Part shown: one piece after another, positions 59,345 to 64,000 of the stretch
Layout of the letters: every line of letters starts with the position of its first letter
How positions within the stretch are numbered: position 1 is the stretch's first letter
DNA from: Bryobacterales bacterium
GTDB taxonomy: Bacteria > Acidobacteriota > Terriglobia > Bryobacterales > UBA6623
DNA length: 64,000 nt
Assembly (NCBI GenBank): GCA_963422375.2
Contig: OY729428.2
Coordinates: 2,752,001-2,816,000 of the forward strand
Direction of reading: 5' to 3'
Made by a program: the position numbers and the translations under genes
The notes under the pieces: generated by a model
Seen by the model: only the letters and a program-made list of their open reading frames with translations
Database searches by the model: none
What the model was told of the DNA's origin: nothing

Positions 59345-59440
59345 CTATTTGCTCTTTAGCACAAGAACTAAGCTGATCGAAAGACTCAGAATCAGCCCTA
59401 TGTCTCGCACTAAAGAGAGTAACGCGTTCATGATGCTCAT
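59345..59440 (-). CDS. Putative small hydrophobic membrane peptide (28-31 aa), or the N-terminus of a decayed gene
   Basis: Below the ORF-track cutoff: (MSI)MNALLSLVRDIGLILSLSISLVLVLKSK*, preceded by GAAAGGAGG. Confidence 0.4.
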   Translation of the reverse strand: MSIMNALLSLVRDIGLILSLSISLVLVLKSK

Positions 59441-60375
59441 GCCTCCTTTCTGTCAGAACTTCCTGCAGCTCCCCCTCGTTCGTGCATATCGGCGCGGACC
59501 GGGCCTTGATCGATGCGGGGCGTAATCCGGAACTGCGAGAACTCACTGACTGCTGTTGAAATCCCCCCACGTCTTCAGGGTAACATCTGCCCGGAACTGA
59601 CGCAAGCACGAATCCATCTGCGGAAGACAGCGTTCTCCCCGGAATGAGCCGAAACGGCTCGCCGTTTCGGTGGAGTCCGGACGGCTCCCCCAGCAACCGG
59701 AGGAATAGCTCCACGATACGCTCCGGAGGTGATCTCGGCGCCACCGTCATGCATATCGGCTCCCCGACCTCAGACTACCCGGGGGCCGGGCGCGGGCGGG
59801 CACAGTGCCTCGCAGCAGTCCAGCCTCAACGAGGGCACGGAATCCGATTCAGCTTCCTCGCCACTCGCCTTGCGCAGAGGGCGGTGGAGTCCACCTACCA
59901 AGGCCTGCGGTGCCTGCCACACTGCTCCTCTGCCGGGCCGATTTGCCACGAGGCCGCCGCAAGGATGGCCGGAAGACCTTGGAGCAGCTATAGCACCTTC
60001 AGCTCGTTGCCGGCCAATCTCTCCCAGTGTCGAATCCGGGTGCGCTACCGCTCTGACCGAGCAGCGCAAGCGGCAATTGGGCACGTGTCGCCCCTGGCCG
60101 AAAGGCCAGTCCCGGCCGACCGCTCGCGGACCGGGGAGCCAGCGGGCTTGGCCCAACCAAGCTGCTGAGACGGACCGGCCTGGCCATGGACAGTGCAATG
60201 CCTGCTCAAGTCCGAGCGAGCCCCAGGGCGATCCGTGACGGCGGGCGAAGTGGCTAGAGAGTTCACCTCCCGATCCTTATCCGGCCCCCTCCCCGGAACT
60301 CCGGACCGCCCGGGGTCATTGGCCCATCAGAACGGGGGAACACAGCCACGGACGTCGTCAGGCTGGTAGGATAGC

Positions 60376-60405
60376 AATGCACCGGATCCAAATGCACCGG
60401 ATCCA
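60376..60405 (+). repeat. 15-bp tandem duplication AATGCACCGGATCCA x2
   Basis: Read directly; about 165 bp upstream of the second kinase gene. Confidence 0.85.
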
Positions 60406-60570
60406 GCCGACAGCTAGGCGGAGCAAGTGAGGCGGAGGCAAGCTTCCGTCCGGACGCAGTTCGCGAGGTGAGCAGCGAGTAGGAGCCGGGCTGTGGGGGT
60501 GCTCGCCGACCGCAACTCGCTTCCACGCCTAGGAATGTGTCGGTCGCGTGCCGGATCGGTAGGAGAGGCC

Positions 60571-62751
60571 ATGGCAGCGGTCATTGACGACGATTCGCGT
60601 ACCGCACTACCGGCGGGCACGGTGCTCCATGGCGCGTATGAAGTGCGGTCCCAGATCGATCACGGCGGATTCGGAATCGTCTACAGCGCGCTGCACCGGG
60701 AACTGAGACTGCCGGTAGCAATTAAGGAGTACTTCCCCGTCGATCTGTCCGTGCGCGAGGAGGGCACGGTGCATCCTCGGAGCAGGGCCCGCGGGGACGA
60801 CTTCAACGATGGGCTTGATCGCTTCCTAGGTGAGGCGCAAAGTCTGACGAAGTTCAGAGACCTTCCCAACATCGTCTCTTGCAGCGACTTCTTCCGCGAG
60901 AATGGCACGGCCTACATCGTGATGGATTTCGAGGACGGCATGTCTCTCCGGGATTTGCTCGAGATGAGGGAAGACCAAGGCCGACCGTTCGGCGAGGACG
61001 ACCTGCTAGCTGTGATCATGCCGGTGTTGCGAGGGCTGAAGAAGGTCCACGACGCGGGAGTGCTGCACCGGGACATCAAACCGAGCAACATCCTGATTCG
61101 TAAGGAGGCGAATCGCGAGGAGGACCGGCCGGTACTGATCGACTTCGGCGCGGCTAAGCAGAAGACGGCGGGGATGTCGCGGTCTTACGCGCCTTACACG
61201 AACGGCTACGCGGCGATTGAGCAGGTGGCAGGCGGGGCGCTGGGGCCTTGGACGGACATCTACGCGGTCGGGGCGGTGATGTGGCGGATGGTGGCCGGAG
61301 CCAGGGCGGACTCCGTCTCGAGGGTCCCGGCGAAGGTGGAGGCGCGGCTGGCTGCATTCTTGCGGGGTGACCCGGACCCGCTGCCGTCAGCGCAAGAGTT
61401 GGGGGACGGAAGGTACTCGAAGGGGCTTCTGAAAACAATCGACCGCTGCCTAGATCTGCGCGAGGAGAACCGAGTGCAGGATTGCGACGAGCTAGCGCGA
61501 CTTCTCCAGCCAGAGGAGCCTGCCGGCGAGGATCTCGCGCCTGTGACCGCCAAGCCGTCGCGGTCGGTCACGCGTCAGGCGTGGATCATGGCATTGGTGG
61601 CTGTCGGAGTGGCTGGAGTCACGCTGGCCTTGGCACTCGGAGTGGGAATAGGCGGCGGTCCGGGGCCGGACCCGACCCTGCCGCCTGGTGGTGACCAGAG
61701 CCAAGAGGTAGAGGCGGCGGAGGGTGACGGCGTGACGGGCCAGATCGGAACAGACAGCGGCTCGGGGGCAGACAATGGAGAGAGGGTCTCGGCAGCTACC
61801 GGGGCCCTTACGGGAAGGGAGACCGTTCGCCCAGCAGAGTCATTCGGAGAACAGAATCCGCCCGTCGCAGGCCTCCATCCTCCACGACCCAAAGGAACGA
61901 AGCCCGGAGCCGTGGCGGAGCGAGGCCCCGGGACGGATGCCGGAACCAGCGATCCGCCGATTATTACTGGCCCGGGACTTGGCAGGGAGCGGAGTGTCGG
62001 CAGCGACGACTCCCCAGCGGACGCTTCGGCGGAGTCGCTTGCGGCTTCCGAAGGAGTGCGGCGGGAACTGACGAACAGCATCGGCATGGAATTCGTTCTG
62101 GTCCCGGAAGGCAGTTTCCGTATGGGCTCCCCGCAATCCGAGGCAGATCGAGAAGAAGACGAAGGCCCGGTGCATGAAGTCACGATCAGCCAGCCCTTCT
62201 ACTTGGGGAAGCACGAAGTGACGCAAGGGCAATGGAAGGCATTGATGAGCGGAAACCCGTCTGCATTTGACAGATGCGGGGACAGCTGCCCGGTTGAGAA
62301 TGTCTCGTGGAATGATGCTAGCGAGTTCATCCGAGAGTTGAACAAGAGGGAAGGAGGCGAGCGATACCGCCTGCCAACGGAAGCGGAATGGGAGTACGCA
62401 GCCCGGGCTGGCGCAGACGCTCCGCCCTTTCTGGAACCGCTCAAGATCACAGCTTGGTATGACGGGACCAGCGAAATGAAAACGCATCCTGTGGGCCACA
62501 AGAATGCCAATGCCTTCGGTCTGCACGACATGCTAGGCAACGTGTGGGAGTGGGTGTCGGACCGGTACGGAGATTATTCAAACCGTGCCGCAACCGATCC
62601 TCAAGGTCCCGGCACGGGCTCGCAGCGGGCCTATCGGGGCGGCGGATGGTATCTCGGCCCAGAGTACTGCCGGCCGGCGAGCCGGCGAGGGAGCAGCCCC
62701 GGCGCTCGTCGCGGAAACCTAGGCTTCCGAGTGCTGAGGACTGCGCAGTAG
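60571..62751 (+). CDS. Hanks-type Ser/Thr kinase - TM - linker - SUMF1/FGE-sulfatase (C-lectin fold) domain
   Basis: AGGAGA RBS; HGGFGIVY, VAIKEY, HRDIKPSN, DFG; TM; NSIGMEFV, HEVTQGQW, YRLPTEAEWEYAARAG, GLHDMLGNVWEW, RGGGW and GFRV. Confidence 0.92.
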   Translation: MAAVIDDDSRTALPAGTVLHGAYEVRSQIDHGGFGIVYSALHRELRLPVAIKEYFPVDLSVREEGTVHPRSRARGDDFNDGLDRFLGEAQSLTKFRDLPNIVSCSDFFRENGTAYIVMDFEDGMSLRDLLEMREDQGRPFGEDDLLAVIMPVLRGLKKVHDAGVLHRDIKPSNILIRKEANREEDRPVLIDFGAAKQKTAGMSRSYAPYTNGYAAIEQVAGGALGPWTDIYAVGAVMWRMVAGARADSVSRVPAKVEARLAAFLRGDPDPLPSAQELGDGRYSKGLLKTIDRCLDLREENRVQDCDELARLLQPEEPAGEDLAPVTAKPSRSVTRQAWIMALVAVGVAGVTLALALGVGIGGGPGPDPTLPPGGDQSQEVEAAEGDGVTGQIGTDSGSGADNGERVSAATGALTGRETVRPAESFGEQNPPVAGLHPPRPKGTKPGAVAERGPGTDAGTSDPPIITGPGLGRERSVGSDDSPADASAESLAASEGVRRELTNSIGMEFVLVPEGSFRMGSPQSEADREEDEGPVHEVTISQPFYLGKHEVTQGQWKALMSGNPSAFDRCGDSCPVENVSWNDASEFIRELNKREGGERYRLPTEAEWEYAARAGADAPPFLEPLKITAWYDGTSEMKTHPVGHKNANAFGLHDMLGNVWEWVSDRYGDYSNRAATDPQGPGTGSQRAYRGGGWYLGPEYCRPASRRGSSPGARRGNLGFRVLRTAQ

Positions 62752-63403
62752 CCGTTTGACCGTACCCCCTTGCCTTGGCGAGGCTCTAGGGAATCGGCGT
62801 CGCCGGGAGACGCACCACCGCTTGCCGTCGGGGACAGCGCCGTGGCTCCCGCTGCCTCTGCGGAGGACGTCGGGCACCTGCTCATCGAAGGCTCACACGG
62901 AAACATCCGACGACCACTGTGTCGTTCGCGCCGGTCGAGCGTGCTTGGGCACTCCCCGGCCGCCCCCCGCCAAGCCGACTTGACTGAGGACGATGACTCA
63001 GCGCGGCCTAGGCTGGTGCCTAGGACAAGACTCCCTGATTCCGGCCGGAGTGGCGCGAATCGAGCAAATCCTTGGAATATACGATATATATTCGTAATAT
63101 CACGGTAGGATACACCGTATGTCTTGCCGATCTCTGCGATTCCTGAAGAATCCTCGCAAGCCGCACGAATATCCTTCATCGAAGATATCTACGAGTCCCG
63201 GCATTTCAGGCCGAATGAGCGGGAATCCGGAATTCTTCGGCCCGTAGCGTTGCAGGCACCCAAGGACGCGCACCGGATAATGCGGTCCGTTACGGTCAAT
63301 ACTTGGGGGAAAACTAGAACAATACTAGGCTAACTCAAATTCAATAAGCGAATCCGCCCTGTTGCCTGCCCCAAGGTGGGTGAGTCTTGTCACAAGCACT
63401 CGA

Positions 63404-64000
63404 CTAGCGCACTGGTCTCAGGACGCGGAAGCCTAGGTCGCTGCCCCTCCCGTCGGGGCTTACCTTGTGGCGGTATGCGGACCGGCAGGCCCGCGGATCG
63501 TTGCGCCAGCTGCCACCCCGAAGCACGCGGGCGGAGCCCGAGTTCGGCCCTTTTGGGTCCGTCATGCCAAAACTCGGATAGTCACCATACCAGTCATGGA
63601 CCCACTCCCAAACGTTCCCGTGCAGGTCGTGCAATCCGAAGCCGTTCCCCGTGAACGATCCAACCGGGGCCGAATGCGGGAAATCATCGCGGCAGGCCGC
63701 GACCCTCCGCCACGAGTAGCGGTCTTTGGCGGCCTGATCCGCCACGTTTGCATGCTCGCACAATCGTGCGTAGCCCGGGTCGTCGCCATATGAAAACCTG
63801 TTCGTCGAACCTGCCCTAACCAAGTATTCCCACTCCGCCTCGGTTGGGAGACGATACTCCTCTCCCGTCTTACCGCTCAACCACCGCACGTATGCCTGGG
63901 CGTCGTCCCAGCTCACGCAGACCGCCGGGTGTCGCGAGGTCTGGGGAAAACCCGGATTCTCCCAGTCGAGACCCGGGCGCAACCCGAACCTCCCGTTCAC
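63404..64000 (-). CDS. SUMF1/FGE-sulfatase domain protein, C-terminal part only (5' end beyond the window)
   Basis: HPAVCVSWDDA, YRLPTEAEWEY, GLHDLHGNVWEW, RVLRGGSW and LGFRVL. Confidence 0.9.
   Translation of the reverse strand: MNGRFGLRPGLDWENPGFPQTSRHPAVCVSWDDAQAYVRWLSGKTGEEYRLPTEAEWEYLVRAGSTNRFSYGDDPGYARLCEHANVADQAAKDRYSWRRVAACRDDFPHSAPVGSFTGNGFGLHDLHGNVWEWVHDWYGDYPSFGMTDPKGPNSGSARVLRGGSWRNDPRACRSAYRHKVSPDGRGSDLGFRVLRPVR

Noticed and set aside
62752..63403. DGR template repeat between the two FGE-domain genes
   Set aside because: No AAC-rich copy of either C-terminal region and no reverse transcriptase were found in the window.
62050..64000. FGE domains as sulfatase-maturation enzymes for the three sulfatases
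   Set aside because: They lack the paired catalytic Cys motif, and at least one is a kinase-fused extracytoplasmic domain.

Overview
High-GC bacterial chromosome segment, probably Acidobacteriota (Bryobacterales-like). That assignment is inferred from the acidobacterial VWA protein, two DUF1549/DUF1553+DUF1501 pairs, a PVC-type CxxCH protein and several sulfatases. Core genes include dnaG, dnaB, glnE, uppS-cdsA, galU, pncA, hemH, an mrfAB-like helicase/exonuclease pair and RNase P RNA. They alternate with carbohydrate/sulfate-ester catabolic genes and short lower-GC patches. These patches hold decayed defence-like genes: a ZorD-like SNF2-Mrr remnant and a frameshifted ABC-ATPase/TOPRIM protein. 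The most notable region is about 37.3-48.8 kb, a candidate phosphothreonine signalling locus. It has four FHA proteins, a PP2C phosphatase, an orphan MotA/TolQ/ExbB channel subunit, a catalytically dead trypsin-like/coiled-coil/FHA membrane protein, and a Ser/Thr kinase fused to two TonB C-terminal domains. An IS1380 element with intact ends splits the locus. A paralogous kinase with a SUMF1/FGE domain lies near the right end. All calls come from motif recognition by eye; no database searches were run.
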